A stretch of 64,000 nucleotides of DNA from Podarcis gaigeae (taxonomy: Eukaryota): NCBI GenBank assembly GCA_964106915.2, contig OZ066916.1. One strand, written 5' to 3'. Made by a program: the position numbers and the translations under genes. Positions within the stretch are counted from its first letter, which is position 1; every line of letters begins with the position of its first letter. The notes beneath the pieces were generated by a model. It was not told where the DNA came from. It saw only the letters and a list, made by a program, of their open reading frames with translations, and did no database searches. This document shows positions 24,355-37,541 of this stretch, piece by piece.

Positions 24355-24550
24355 GTCAGTCATATAAAAACTTAAGTGTATGCATCATGCTGTTCTAGGT
24401 GTGTTGGATGTAGGTAGCTGTGGGTCTCTGACCCCCTTCACATACACAGCAATAGCAGCAGCAGCAGCAACAGCAGCATGGAAGTTACTTCCCCATGGTA
24501 CAATCTTATAGTAGTGAGGAGTACTGGTGAATATCAAAGTTCCATTAGTA

Positions 24551-24686
24551 CAGGCTTCTTCCACCTGGGCCCTCCAGATGTTTTGAGACTGCAATTCCCA
24601 TCATCCCTGACCACTGGTCCTGCTAGCTGGGGATCATGGGAGTTGTAGGCCAAAAATAACAGGAAGGCTGAGGTTGAGGAAGCCTG
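24551..24686. mobile_element. Older related 136-bp hAT MITE
   Basis: Same cccatcatccctgaccactgg core; TSD cattagta/catgagta (1 mismatch). Confidence 0.85.
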
Positions 24687-26615
24687 CATGAGTAGTACTC
24701 ATCATTCACTAATTCAGTGAGAAAGACTGACACAATCATGCACACCTACATGGGTTACTGATTATACACATTCATGGATAATAAATTTGGCAGTGGCTAC
24801 AAGTTATAATGACGGTATGCTGTCCTCCAGTTCAGAGGCACTGTGTTTCTCAGTTACCAGTTGGTGAGGAACAACTTGGGTGAGGGGCTATTGCACTCAT
24901 GTCCTGTTTGTGGACCACCCTGACCTCTGTGAGAAAGAGAATACTGGAATACTTTGGTCTCCTCCAGGAGCCCCCTCTTGCTCTTATGATTTGATTCTCT
25001 AGAGAGCAGTGACATCAGCTTGCACCATGAGGCAGTGACTTCCATACTGTTATTACGTGTGTTTGTGTATAGGGGACTTTTGCTTACTGATTGAATGGTG
25101 TGGTTCAGGGTGCAATGAATATTCCATTTGTTTGTTTTCTTAACATTTATATTCCACCTTTTTTCCATCATGGAAGAAAGTGTGGTATACATGAAGTTCC
25201 CAGGCAGGCTCCCATCCAGACCAGACCCAGACATCCTTAGCAAGGTGGTGGCCTCACTTGCATACCCTGGGGTGCATTTTCACCAGCCATACATCACCAT
25301 GTCTGTGCTGTGCTTATGTCACAATACTGAAAATGAGCAGGACTAGCTAGCCTCGTGTATGCTTAGACATGCAAAGGAAGGTAGGGCATGTATGATCCTC
25401 AGTGATAGGGTAGATCCAAAGGCAGGGACGGCGGGTGTTCCCAAGCCACAAGAGAGCTTTGACCAAGTAGGACTTTGGAAGGAAGAGAAGTAGAAGAAGG
25501 CACCAGGCTTGGGAAGAGTGGTTCTAGGACCGAGTTGGGAAGTACGCCTATATGATTGCTCTCAGAAAATGTACTTAGTTCAGAGGCACAAAACTATCCA
25601 GTGCTGAAGCCCCAACCTATTTAATAAAACTCTTCTTCCTGTTCCCCCAATGTAACCAAGGTACATTTTTAAGCTGCTTTTGCAGGGGTGAGCAGGAACT
25701 TTGGCACAGTTTTCCTGGGTTTTACCTTTGCTTTTTATCTTAAAAACATAATGGGATGGTTGAGTGCTGCGTGTTCTCCAGACCTTTGCCAGCTTAGCAA
25801 CTATAAACAGACAAGGTAGAAGTTGAGAGATGAACTGGAGGCTCTCTGGAGACAGAACTCTTTCCCTGCCTGCTGTTTCTCTACTCCAAAAAGGAAGGGT
25901 TTTAAAAATGCATTTGAAGGGCACACATGTATTTCAAGCCTCCACTTTGGAGTGATTTGTAATGCAGAAATGGGGATGTTGGAAGGGTTAGGGCACTGCT
26001 TTATCCCTCCCCTGCTTCTCAAAAAAACACATTCAAACCTGTTTTTCTTAGTCACCATCAGGACTCATTTTAGCAAAATGTGTAGTTAGCCACTTGTTTT
26101 AATGCATCATAATCCGCTGTGCTGACTGGAATCCTGCAGTTGTTTATATCTCTTTTATGAGAGAAGGGCCGTGATGTTGGATGGGTAGAGATTTTGTGTT
26201 GAAAGGTTTGGGCAAGCACTAAGACTCAGGGTATGACATTAGGGGGAGTAGATGTGCCACAAGACAAGACCTTTGTGACAGACCAGGAGGGAGAGATGTT
26301 GGATGTTCCTTGGGAGAAAATAGAAGAAGCTGGATTGCCTATAAGTGGGCTTATTAACTACATATGTTTTTGGCTTCATTGTCATTTTCAATTATTATTA
26401 CTACTACTTTCAAATGTATAAAATATCAAGAGGGACGGGTGGTTCTTTCTATTTTATGGAAAAAAAGTTTACTTCAAATTCTTCTCACACTGGAATTAAA
26501 TGGCAGATTTTGGGATCCACTTTTACACAGGAATATCTGCGATACATGCAAAATTTATGATGGCTCATATTTATTAATCTAAAATATTTGGATACAACAG
26601 CTTAAGAAAACAATA

Positions 26616-27076
26616 CAGTGGTACCTTGGTTCTCAAACTTAATCCGTTCCGGAAGCCCATTCCAAAACCAAAGCGTTCCCAAACCAAGGCACACTTTCCC
26701 ATAGAAAGTAATGCAAAATGGATTAATCCGTTCCAGACTTTTAAAAACAACCCCTAAAACAGCAATTTAACATGAATTTTACGACGAGACTATTAATCCA
26801 TAAAATGAAAGCAATAAACAATGTACAGCAGTCACACAATCAATCAATCAGTAGCTGAACTGGGTTCCACACAGTCACAAAAACAAAAAACACAAAATAA
26901 ATAGCAAAAACAGACAGACTTAAGTGTAACACTCAAATTGGAAGTGTGGCACTCAAAATGGAGCATGTTCAGCTTCCGAAAAAAAATCACAAACCGGAAC
27001 ACTTACTTCCATGTTTGCGGTGTTTGGGTTCCAAGTTGTTTGAATACTAAGGCATTTGAGAACCAAGGTACCACCG
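26616..27076. mobile_element. 461-bp Tigger-like MITE
   Basis: TIR cagtggtaccttggttctcaaa / tttgagaaccaaggtaccaccg; TA TSD on both sides. Confidence 0.9.
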
Positions 27077-27639
27077 TATATCAAAGCAAGGTAAAGTAAC
27101 AGGGCATCACAATACACAAACACACTAGCAAAACACAAACAGTAATAATAAGCAGGAGCCGAATAATCTCAAGGACTGCTATGTCAATAGCCCACAAAAA
27201 CCTGAGTGAATAAATGAACTTTCATGAGGTAGCCAAATGTCAAGATAGTTAATACCTGCCTTTTTCAAGGGTGTGCAGAGAGAAAAGGTTTCACACACTG
27301 AATGCTACAATGGAATAGACTTCCCTCTGGTTTCTACTAAATGTACTTTGGCAGGTTGTGGCACAACTAGAAGGGACTCATTGCAAGATCTTAATAGCTG
27401 GGCAGGTATATATATGGTTGAAGGCATTCCTTCAGATAAGCAGGTCCCAAGCTGTTCTGAGCTCTAAAGGTGAACCACAAAACCATAAACCTAGCCAGTG
27501 CAGGGCTTGCATCACCACACCTGATTGACTTGTACCAAAGAAATGGAGCTGGGTGTCATTTGCATATTGAAAACCACTCATAAAACTCAGTTGGATGGCT
27601 ACCTGAGAATTTGGCCGATACCACTTCATTGCAATAATA

Positions 27640-27816
27640 ATTTTTTATTTTTACACTTATATCCCACCTTTCCTCCAGAACAACCCTGAGAGTAGGTAAG
27701 GATGAAAGAATGGTGACTAGCCCAAAATCACATAATAAGTTTCATGGCTACATGAGGACTTGAACCCTGGTCACCAAGTCTTAGTGCAACTCTCCAACCA
27801 CTACACCATAGTGGCT
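27640..27816 (-). mobile_element. CORE/MIR-like SINE copy
   Basis: Similar to 19533-19715; ends caaccactacaccatagtggct. Confidence 0.7.
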
Positions 27817-30800
27817 GTCAAAGCCGTGTCATCATATAATCTATGTGGCTATAGATTGGTCTGTCATATTTATGGAATTGTCCCTCTCCAGTACAGGTGT
27901 CAGAGACAGAAAGGAATTCCCTTCCATTAAGCAGAAGCTACCATTGAGCAGATGACAGGAAGATGTGTTCCCCAATGTTCAGTCTAATCATAACCTCTGC
28001 TATCATGATAGCTTTCTGCATAATTTACATTGCCATTTTATCATTACTTCCATGTAATTAATTAGTCATGTCAGTAAAGGGCACTTGTGTGATTTGTGGC
28101 CTCTGCTCATCAATTTTAAAATCTAAAAATGCAATACCAAAGATTGTTGGATGCATAATAAAAGAGAGGAAAGATTGCCAAGGTAATTAAGGGAATTGTT
28201 TAACTAGGAAATTACTTACCAAACTACCATAATACAAATAGTCCTTCTAGTTCCCATTTCCAGTGGGGACTCAGATCAACTTCTGACTTTTCTGGGTGTA
28301 GTTTATCCTCAGAATATTTTTTCACTCCAACAGGCAGAACACTGATAATGATGGAGCGATCAAATATTACTTTCCAACAGAAATTTGGTGGGTTGTTAGA
28401 GGCTCCTCTTTGATCTTGTATTTTTACTGCTAGCATCAAATGGACCTTGCAGAATTGCAACTATTGCAGAACATATAGGCCCATTGCTGTAACTGTACTC
28501 ACATGCTGAAAGAAAGGAACACTTATATGAGTCATTTGAAACTAATATCCATCCTTTTCTGGGAAATCACTGGGTTGAATCCAAAGAACCTTTGGCAAAA
28601 GGAAAATAGGCATTAGTGCTGTTCTGCAATCACTGGTGGAAGAGTTTGCTCAGTCCTATAATAAGTAGGTCCTATAACAATTCTTATCATTTTGCAAAAG
28701 CTCACGCAGTGCTCCAGTGCAAGGTGTAAAATAGCATTTCTATGAGTTTTACAGTTGATATATGCAAAGGGGGGAGCCAATATTAGTCATACTCAGAGCA
28801 GACCATGTGAAATCAATAGACAAGTTACTAGAACATTTTGATTTAAGTGAGTCCACTCTATTATTTACTCTATTTTTCACCCTGCCTTCCAAGGGAGCCA
28901 AATACATCAATAATACAAATAAAACTTTAAAAAAACTATTAAAAACACATTTTTTAAAAAAGTATGACTAACATTGGATCGTACTTCAGTAGTGGTTGGG
29001 TTGTGTCATCTTCCCGGGGGGCATGCCAGTCAGGAAACTAGAAACATTGCTGTCTCTATTAAAGAAGACTAGAACAGTAACCTGAAACTCCTGATGCCAC
29101 TCAGAGTGCCATCTAGTATCTAAACTAGAGAAAGAGCCTGTTGCCTATGACCAATGGCCCACCTAGTCCAGCATCCTGTTCTCCTGCCAGACATCTGCGA
29201 GCAGGACCTGAGCACAAGAGCATTCTCCCCTCCTGTGGTTTCCAACAACTGGTATTCAGAAGCATTGCTGTCTTCAATTGTAGAGGCAGAGCAAAGCCAT
29301 CATGGCTGGTAGCCTTTGATAGCCCTCTCCTACATGAATCTTTTCAGATACTCATCTCTAAATCTTAAAGCCTTCTGGATTATTTGATTTGAGTAGTACC
29401 ATCACTTCAGTCTTAAAAGATAGCTTTGGCAGAGCCTCAGTAGATGAACTTGTTTTTTTTAGGTCCCAATTGTGCATCTTGATGATCATACCTTGTCAGG
29501 AATAAGATGGAGCTATAGTCAGTTTCTGTTATGTATTCTGCGTTCAGTCTCATCAGAATATGATCTGTGTGTTTCCTTTCCCACCACCCCATATAGTAGC
29601 TACAGCCTGCCCTGTCTTTTCTCCATTAAATTTCATATGAACTCTTTCACCTGACTTTAAGATTATGTACACTTTAGTAGTTTAAGAGGCAGCAAGCTAA
29701 TTTGCACACTGTTGTACACACCAGAGGAGGGGTAGAGATGTCTTCACCCAATGTCCATTACCTGTTTGGTTTCCCCCCTCCTTGCAGCCCATGCCTACTC
29801 CTGTTCATGAAGCTGTCACCTGTCAATATACACTATCCTCTGCCCATTCACATTGGCTTTCTTAAATATATACACATCTCAGCTTACTTGCAAAGTGAAT
29901 GTGGCTTACATTTTCCTTTTGTATTGAAGCCTGGTCCACAGGTCAAAAAGAAGTCACATCAAGAGCAATGATCATCACACACATTTCACTGAACCTGGGA
30001 TCAAGTCATGCAATGATGATGACAGCATGCAGGCATTTTGCAGTTTTATATCTAAATGTGTCTATATTTTGGTAGTAGTATACGATATTATTCTTAAGCC
30101 ACAATGCACTTAAGATCTTCTTCCTTCTGCCATGCCATCACAACTGTGGTGTGTGTTAGTTTGCTTTCACAAACCTACTCTCATCCAGCCATTTCCTGTC
30201 TTGACAGACTGAAGTTGGTTCAACTTCCTTGGCTTCAAAGGAAATCTCTTGGAGTGCACTCCTTCAGTTCAAAGTGTTTGGTTTTCCTGACAAAATCATT
30301 TTGCATCCTTTTGAACTGGGTTGTGCTTTGAAAGAATACGCCCAGACAACTGTTCTCATTTAAAGGAAATTACTTTGAAAGGGAACTGCAGCTTCCCAGG
30401 TGTCTCGATTCACAGATGAAGGGCGGGAGAGTCTGGGAGAAGGTGGAGATCTTTGCAAGCCACCTCCAAATTAAGCTCAACTCTGTCTTCTAATGATGTG
30501 GGGAAATGCAAACACACACACACAAAGGAAGCAGATCTTCGCCTCTCTGTCTTTTCAGAAATGTATCAAACACAAACATCCTCAGGGAGAAGGAACAGTT
30601 CATTCTCTCAAGAAATGTGGCGTAAACAAACCCCCGAGCAAAACTGCACTATGTTAATTAAGGTTGTGCTCAAGCACACACACTTACTTGGAAGTATGTT
30701 TCATTAAATCAACAGCATTTTCAAGATGTGTTCTGTTAATGAGATATTACAAAGAAAATAAAATAAGGTAGAACTTCCACATATGCAAGCCAGGGGGTGC

Positions 30801-30854
30801 TGAAACAGTAAGGTGGTGGAGGAGCACATCAAGCCCTTCTTGCCTGTCACACTT

Positions 30855-31050
30855 ATTTATATCTTTATTGAATTTATATACAACCTTTACTCCCAACAAC
30901 TGCAAGGTGATACACATAGTTCTCCTCCTCCCATAGTCTCCTCACAACAACATTGTTGAGATCGTTTAGGCTGAAAGTGAGTAACTGACCCAAGATTTGA
31001 ACCCTAGTCTCACAGGTCCTAGTCCAACACTCTAACCACTACACCACAGT
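30855..31050 (-). mobile_element. CORE/MIR-like SINE copy
   Basis: Similar to 19533-19715. Confidence 0.7.
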
Positions 31051-32986
31051 GGTGCCTCGCATGAACTGGTGATAATACAGAGGCTTGGTTCCTTTGATTC
31101 TTCCTGCTCAAAAAGGTAAAGCAAAAGCTCTGAGAACCGGGCCTTGTACAATGAGACTCAGAGGGCCTAGTTCACAATTGACTCACACCACTCCACTATC
31201 ATGCTGTTTCAACACACACCCATGGAAAACCTACAGTGCCAGAATAGCACTGGGGTCATTTTATGAACAATTTACACTGCAAGAGTGAGATCTGATGTCC
31301 CAGCAACAGCAATGGAAGGGGATAAAATAAAAACTATGGCTCACATCCTGAAATATAATATATATCTTCTAGATTCTGTGTAAAAGGAGCTATCAAAGAA
31401 TGGCTCTTAGAAAGGAATAGTGTGAAAGCAACTTTTGTGTGAGCCCAAAATTTGATAAAGGCTGATATTTACATGCAGAAATTCCAGATTAATTTTGTGA
31501 ATGTTCAAGAACTGATTTTCTGACTCTCAACTTTCGCTCTAGCATAGACCCAAACGAAAAGCTTGAGTCATAGTTTAGAAGAGATATGTTAAAGTAAATA
31601 GATATGTCACTCATATGTCACCCAGAACAGTTCTGAACTGATGCACCCCATATATATTTCTGATATATAGTAACTCGATATAATAAATCTGCTCGGTATG
31701 TTTCAGCACTCAAGTGAATAACTGCATGTGTAATATTTTTATTCATACAAAACCATTCTTCTATGACTAGCCCATAATAGTGACTAATAGCCTGCAAATC
31801 TTATATCCAGCCCTCTTAAGCCTAACTTCTGAAGTAGAGAGATCCTCATAAAATGATATTTAAGTTGGGGTGGGGGTGGAGAGGGGGGGGGAACAAGCAA
31901 GTAATCTTTTCAACTGCACTTTTAAATCTCTAAAACAAGCAAAAAAGGGGGCTTCACTTTTTGCATTTCATTTTGCAGAGAGAAAAGGAAATCTTGTCCT
32001 GGGCTGGGATCTTGGATGTCAAGTTTAATCTGAGAGTGAATTATAAATCACCGATAATAGGGATTTGTATTAATGGAAACATGGGTACAAGCTTCACCAT
32101 AATGTTATATCTCTTGTTTCAATTATAGCCTGCACTGCATAATGTATCTTGAGTGATATCTTATGTAATTAATCAGGTGGCCGATTATAATAAGGAATAC
32201 AGCAGGCATTCACCCTGTCTCACCGAAGGAGAGGGTTTGCATTAGTCATTGGGTGGGAGCCGTTTCCTCCTTGCTGCCAGCAGCTTAGTGCAGGTTGCTG
32301 CATGGAAATTATCCTTCAGCGCTATTCTATTTTTGTCCTCCAGTGAGCAGAGTTCAAAGTTGTTCTGGAATTATACAGCGAAAGCTCTACATGGTTAGTT
32401 CAAAGCTAAATTGACTTAAAATGAATTATTGCTGCAGTCTTCCTCTCCCTAGGTTTTTTACTCTCTCTCTTTCTTTCTTATGCTTTCCGTATAGGATGAG
32501 GCTTTGTACCTATAATGTGGATTTCATCACTGTCATATAACCATGAAAATAAGCGAGATGGAAAAGGTGCTACTGGGTCATCATTTCCTGTCAATGCAGG
32601 AGTGTGAATAGATTACATTCGCCCCCTCGCCCCCTCTCAAACCTCTTGCCCAATGCAGTGCCCACGTTAATTTGTTCTACAGTCAATGTAACTAATGGGA
32701 AATTTTTGTTCTGGAATTCAACCTAGATACACTTTTCTTAATTTCGGCCCATTGTTCTTAATGAACAGCTTCTCAAGCAACAACCGCCCTAATATATGCC
32801 TAATTAATTGGTATTCATTTACTTCTAATAACTCCCCCAGACTCAGAACAGTAGTTTATCCAACCTGGATGGCTTTTAAACTTACTTTTACCTGTTGTAA
32901 AAAACTTCTTTATTTGTTTGTTTGTTGGGTATTATCTTGCCATTCAGCCTTTCACAAAACCCCCAGCTCTCACCTTTACTTTTTGA

Positions 32987-33104
32987 CAGGGCTGGGGAAC
33001 CTGTGAACTTTCGGATGTTGCTGAACTACAACTCCCATCATCCCTGCCCATTGGCCACACCGGAGTCCAGCAAGCTTTAGAGATCCACAAGTTTCCCAAC
33101 CCTC
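32987..33104. mobile_element. Degraded hAT MITE of the same superfamily
   Basis: ctacaactcccatcatccctg core and degenerate caggg...gggaac ends. Confidence 0.6.
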
Positions 33105-33429
33105 CCTTTGGAGATTACTCAGTATGCATTACTGCCACAGACTTATTCAGTCACCAGGTTTTGTTGGGGGAGGGGCAATGATCTCATCAACTATAATATG
33201 GGACATGAACCACCTATGTTTAGGTCCTGTGTTGATTCCAGGGAGAGAGTAATAATAAACGAATGAATGAGTAATTGAGGGTCAGAGGAATATAAATGTA
33301 CTTGACTATAATTGGGTTTTGCTCGTCGTTATTTGTCAAAGGGCACTTACTAGGAGACAATTTTGTATATGGTGATTGATCTCTATGTACGAAGAAAGCA
33401 CATAGCAGGAAAGTATAATGTGGTGTGTA

Positions 33430-33785
33430 GGGATGCATGGTTCAGGTTGCATTTAAAGGTAAACCTACTTAATTTGCAATTTCCAAAACAATGCACCTAC
33501 CCAAACAGCAATCCTTCAAAATTTGGCCTTCTCTAAATTTTGCAGTGCCGGGTAATATGAATAAAAATGCATATACCAAGATAATGTGTGCATTATATTA
33601 GGGGGAATTGCTTTGCAAAAAAAGTATGTATATTAGGAGAAATCTGAGTTAAAATGCTGATAATACTTTATGAGAACTTTTTTAAAAATTCACAAACTAG
33701 TGTGGAAATGTGGAAAACAGAACGTTAAAATTGGAAAAATGAGAAACTCAGAGAAACCAACATTGACAAATTCACGCAACCATTG
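33430..33785 (+). repeat. Old AT-rich interspersed repeat, probably a non-autonomous DNA transposon; other copies at about 40826-41352 (+) and 43347-43770 (-)
   Basis: The three copies share blocks aaaatgcatat...tattaggg...gctttgcaaaa...tattaggaga...gagaaaccaa..ttgaca. Confidence 0.7.
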
Positions 33786-36700
33786 CTGTCACAAAGAGTT
33801 GTCCAGTCAGATTATTTATCAAGTACAGCAAAAAACGAAACAATAGGAAACACTCTTGGGTACATTTCAATCCTTACAGAACACAGAACATTTTTTAATA
33901 CGTGAAAGCAGCCCTAAGACAGTTTCTCTCTTTGCTAATTGATATAACATTTTAGTCTGCTATTTTAATACATGACACTTATTTTTTAAGCTTGTCTGGT
34001 TGCTTACTAGAACAATGGGCGGTTGTGAACGGGGTCAATGGAAGGTGTCAGCTTCGCTGTGCCACAGTCCAAGACCATTACATACTGTGAAAACGATGGC
34101 ATTCACAAAAATATGTTCTGAGTTGCACAGTTTATGCAAGATCCATTTCCTTTAGAAACAGAAGTCACCGAAAAGTATTTTAAGTGCATCGGTGCACAAT
34201 ATGAAAAGAGGTGCCAGATTCTTGAAGTGACAGATTGCCACCCCACCACTCCATACGCACATTTCACAAGTGACATTACGCAGAGTATATCAGAAATAGT
34301 GCAAAAAGGTTGGCTCCAACATCTCCCTGCATTGACCTGTTTGTCATTTGTTTTGTTCTTCCAGCACAATAGATATCTTACTTTCTTGGGAAAGTAGCAT
34401 AACATCATAATAACATCAGATCATCATCATGATACCACATAACTTGTAGGAAGTAGTTCAGCATGTTAAAGTATTTCATATGCAATTGCTCTATAAAGTT
34501 ATTTGCTTTTTTAAAAAATGAAGCCTTGACTCTGGCACTGGAAAACAGCTGAATGCTATCACAGTCATTGTTTCCTGGGACACTGTATGGAAAAGAAATG
34601 GCTACCTCAATGGACTTCCCATGGGGACAGCCATTTAGTTCTCTGTCCAATGACCCTATCAGTAAAACTGATGAAATGCCATCATTCTCCGCTGTATCCC
34701 AGGGCAGACGTGAGGCTTCAATTTGTGCAGAGCTTTCAGCTTTTTGATTGAGTAAAAAAGACCATCCCCCTAGCAGCCTGGCCATCTATAGTAAGATATA
34801 CCCTACCTCTCATCTAAAAAGAATTGGACACACTCTATTTATTTTGAACTGCGTTTTGGCAGGGGGATGATACTATGGAGTGAAATGGGTAATTATTAAT
34901 TGAAGGAAATTTGATTTTGAACTGGATCCATCTGCGTGGGTGCTCCGCTAACTACTTGGGTTTGAGGTAATCTGGAGGAGGGCTACAAATTGATTTATGA
35001 ATTTATTTGAAGTAGACATTGTTATTACTGTTTTGATTTATGACCCACACTTCACCCTATGGTCCCAAGGCAGGTCACACCAATGTAAAATACAATACTG
35101 AAAACAAATTGCAACCAAAAGTATAGGGTGGGTCCTAAGAAATATACATCTCAAGTGTCAAAGCGCAGGGTTAAGAGGAGCACCTTCAGGATATCATGAA
35201 ATATAAATTTCTCAACTTTACCAGAAGCCTTAAGCAGACCCCTTAAGCAGGTGTTGTGTGGGCACTCAAGACTAATTGCCCAGTTATGTACTTACATACA
35301 CAATGCCGCTGTATTTGTGTCACTCATTAGCAGAGAAACGGAGAGAGCGCAAAATGGATTCTAACCACTTCGTTTTTCATTTCCTGAAGTGCCGACTTCA
35401 GCAGACCACATCCATCCATTTTTTAATAACAGCTATCAAGCCAGTGAGCAAAAACAAATTTACTGTCACCTGATGGTTTTTAAATGACAATTTTAATGAC
35501 CTAATTAGTTGTCGAATCATCTATTTTCTCTCTGTGGTCATAGAGGCAGATCTGCTGTATCTGACATTCTGATTTAAGAGGATATCCTAACCCCTATAAA
35601 ATTACTGTTTGTAAAACCACATTTAAGGTTTCTTGTTTAAACCTTTGGCTTTTTATTTTTGTACTGTAAGTGTTCTAAGCAATATTTATACAGCCTCTTT
35701 AGTTACTGGGGGGGAAATAAACCTAATGCATTGCTTTTCAAATCATCTCTTTTCTATCATGAGGGCTGCAATCCTATACCCACTTTCCTGGGAATAAGCC
35801 CTACTGAACTCTGTGAACATTCTGTGCACATTCACTTAAAAGTAAACCCAAATGAAGTGGCTCACTTCTGTGTAAACAGGGGGTAAGGTCAGTCTGTAAG
35901 CTCTTAACTTTGTAGCTGCAAAACCAGTAGAAAATATAGCAAGACCTTAATTCTCTTTAAATTGCCTTCACTGAAATCAGTGGGGTTGCAAAAATGAAAG
36001 CATTGTTCGCAGTTGCCTTCTAACTGTCCCATTTCAGCTGGGATAGCCATGCTTTTCAGAGACTTTAGTGATCCCACTTTTCAAAAAGCAACATTTTATT
36101 TTCGTCGTCCCCCCCCCCCCGGCGCCTTTGGTATAAACTGAAGCAAAGAGTTATCACCACACTTAAATGACCCTTTAGAGAGTATATGTCTTTTAGTTAC
36201 AGTGATATAGAGCCAGACCTACCATTGGGCAAAGGGAGGGAATTGCCTTTGGTGGCAGATGCTGGTTGTTCTTCCTTAGACCACCACCCACCTCCATTTC
36301 CCTCTGTTGCAGGGTAGCAACATATAACCTACATGGCATGTTATCTAGTGTAAGATGGGATTAGTGTCCTGTAACTAACATAAATGAATTGTAGTGTGTG
36401 TATGCGCATGTGGAAGCAGATGGTTGCCTGCCCTTCTACTGCCTGACACATTTAAATCTGGATTGTTTTGGGCCCACCATTGTCTACAAGAACACATCAT
36501 TTTTCTGCCAGGCTCTACTCAAAACCTCACCCACCCACACAGAGGAATGTGCCTCCCCATTCCAGGAGTAGTTGCTTGGTACTTGACCTCACTATGGATA
36601 ATCTCGGTTGCCGTATTTGGGGCCAGGGAGGACTTTCTTTGCCGTATTTGGGGCCAGGGAGGACTAATTGCACTCATCTGAAGGTTTTGCCTTCCTCATA

Positions 36701-37505
36701 GCAGTTGCTACAACTTTGATGGGTTAGACATTGGGTAAAGCCTTACTCATGTTCGGAGGAGCGGTTGTTAGCCTCTGTCTTCCGCTGCGAGCAAACGGAG
36801 TATCCCGTTAAAGGGATCCAGGAGGAGGTGCTTCTGTCCAGATGCCCAGGAGGGGGCTACAGCCATAGTACTCCCCAAGTAGACACATACTTGATGTTTG
36901 TCATAGGTCCTCCTCATCCCTGCATCAACTGCCATAAAACATCCAGCAAGTGGGCTGGTTGATATAGGATATACCCAATACCTAGGTCAAATCCCCTTAC
37001 TTCTGTAATCAATAAAGTTGTGGCCTTATTTGATCCAAATGAATGTTGTCATGTGTGGTTCAATGATCTCAGGTGAAGCGGCAGTTTCACAACGCTTTGG
37101 CACACAAGATCATTAAGCTCATGGCAGATAGCAGTGGCATCCTCAAATATTCTTACCTTTTTTTAAAAAAAAACAACCAGCAAGTTTTTTTTTATCATTT
37201 ACAAAACCCAGTTTAAGGAGGATCTCAGTTTTCACTTCTGTAGGTAACCAGTTACTATTGCAAACTTTGGAGCGGTAGTTGTACAGAAGGATGGTGATTT
37301 AAAACAAAAACTGCAAGTTCACATGATGAGCTAGTGAAATCTGTTTGAAGATGAAACTGAAAAATATTTCATAAGGTGAATCTCTGTTGTCATGTTAATA
37401 TTAAGTTAAGAAATGTGTGCCGTTTCTTAATGTAAAAACTTCAAATTAATATGCACTTGTGTTTTTTTTTGTTTTGTTTTGTTTCCCTCACTCAATCCTT
37501 AATAG

Positions 37506-37541
37506 AGAAGAAAATCACGCTATTCTGACCTCGACTTTGAA
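37506..37541 (+). CDS. ADGRB3: ADGRB3 36-nt coding exon: RRKSRYSDLDFE
   Basis: Long T-rich tract + aatag acceptor, gtaagt donor; phase 0-0. Confidence 0.95.

Noticed and set aside
23677-24375. Standalone 232-aa single-exon gene
   Set aside because: It is the 644-nt ADGRB3 exon read through into flanking intron; the splice sites and frame continuity explain it.
27432-27629. Reverse transcriptase gene (YANDTQL motif)
   Set aside because: It is a short degenerate LINE RT relic with the catalytic YADD mutated and no extended ORF.
36760-37095. Solo LTR (contains aataaagttgtggcc)
   Set aside because: I could not identify convincing TG...CA termini with a TSD, so it is left unannotated pending a RepeatMasker run.
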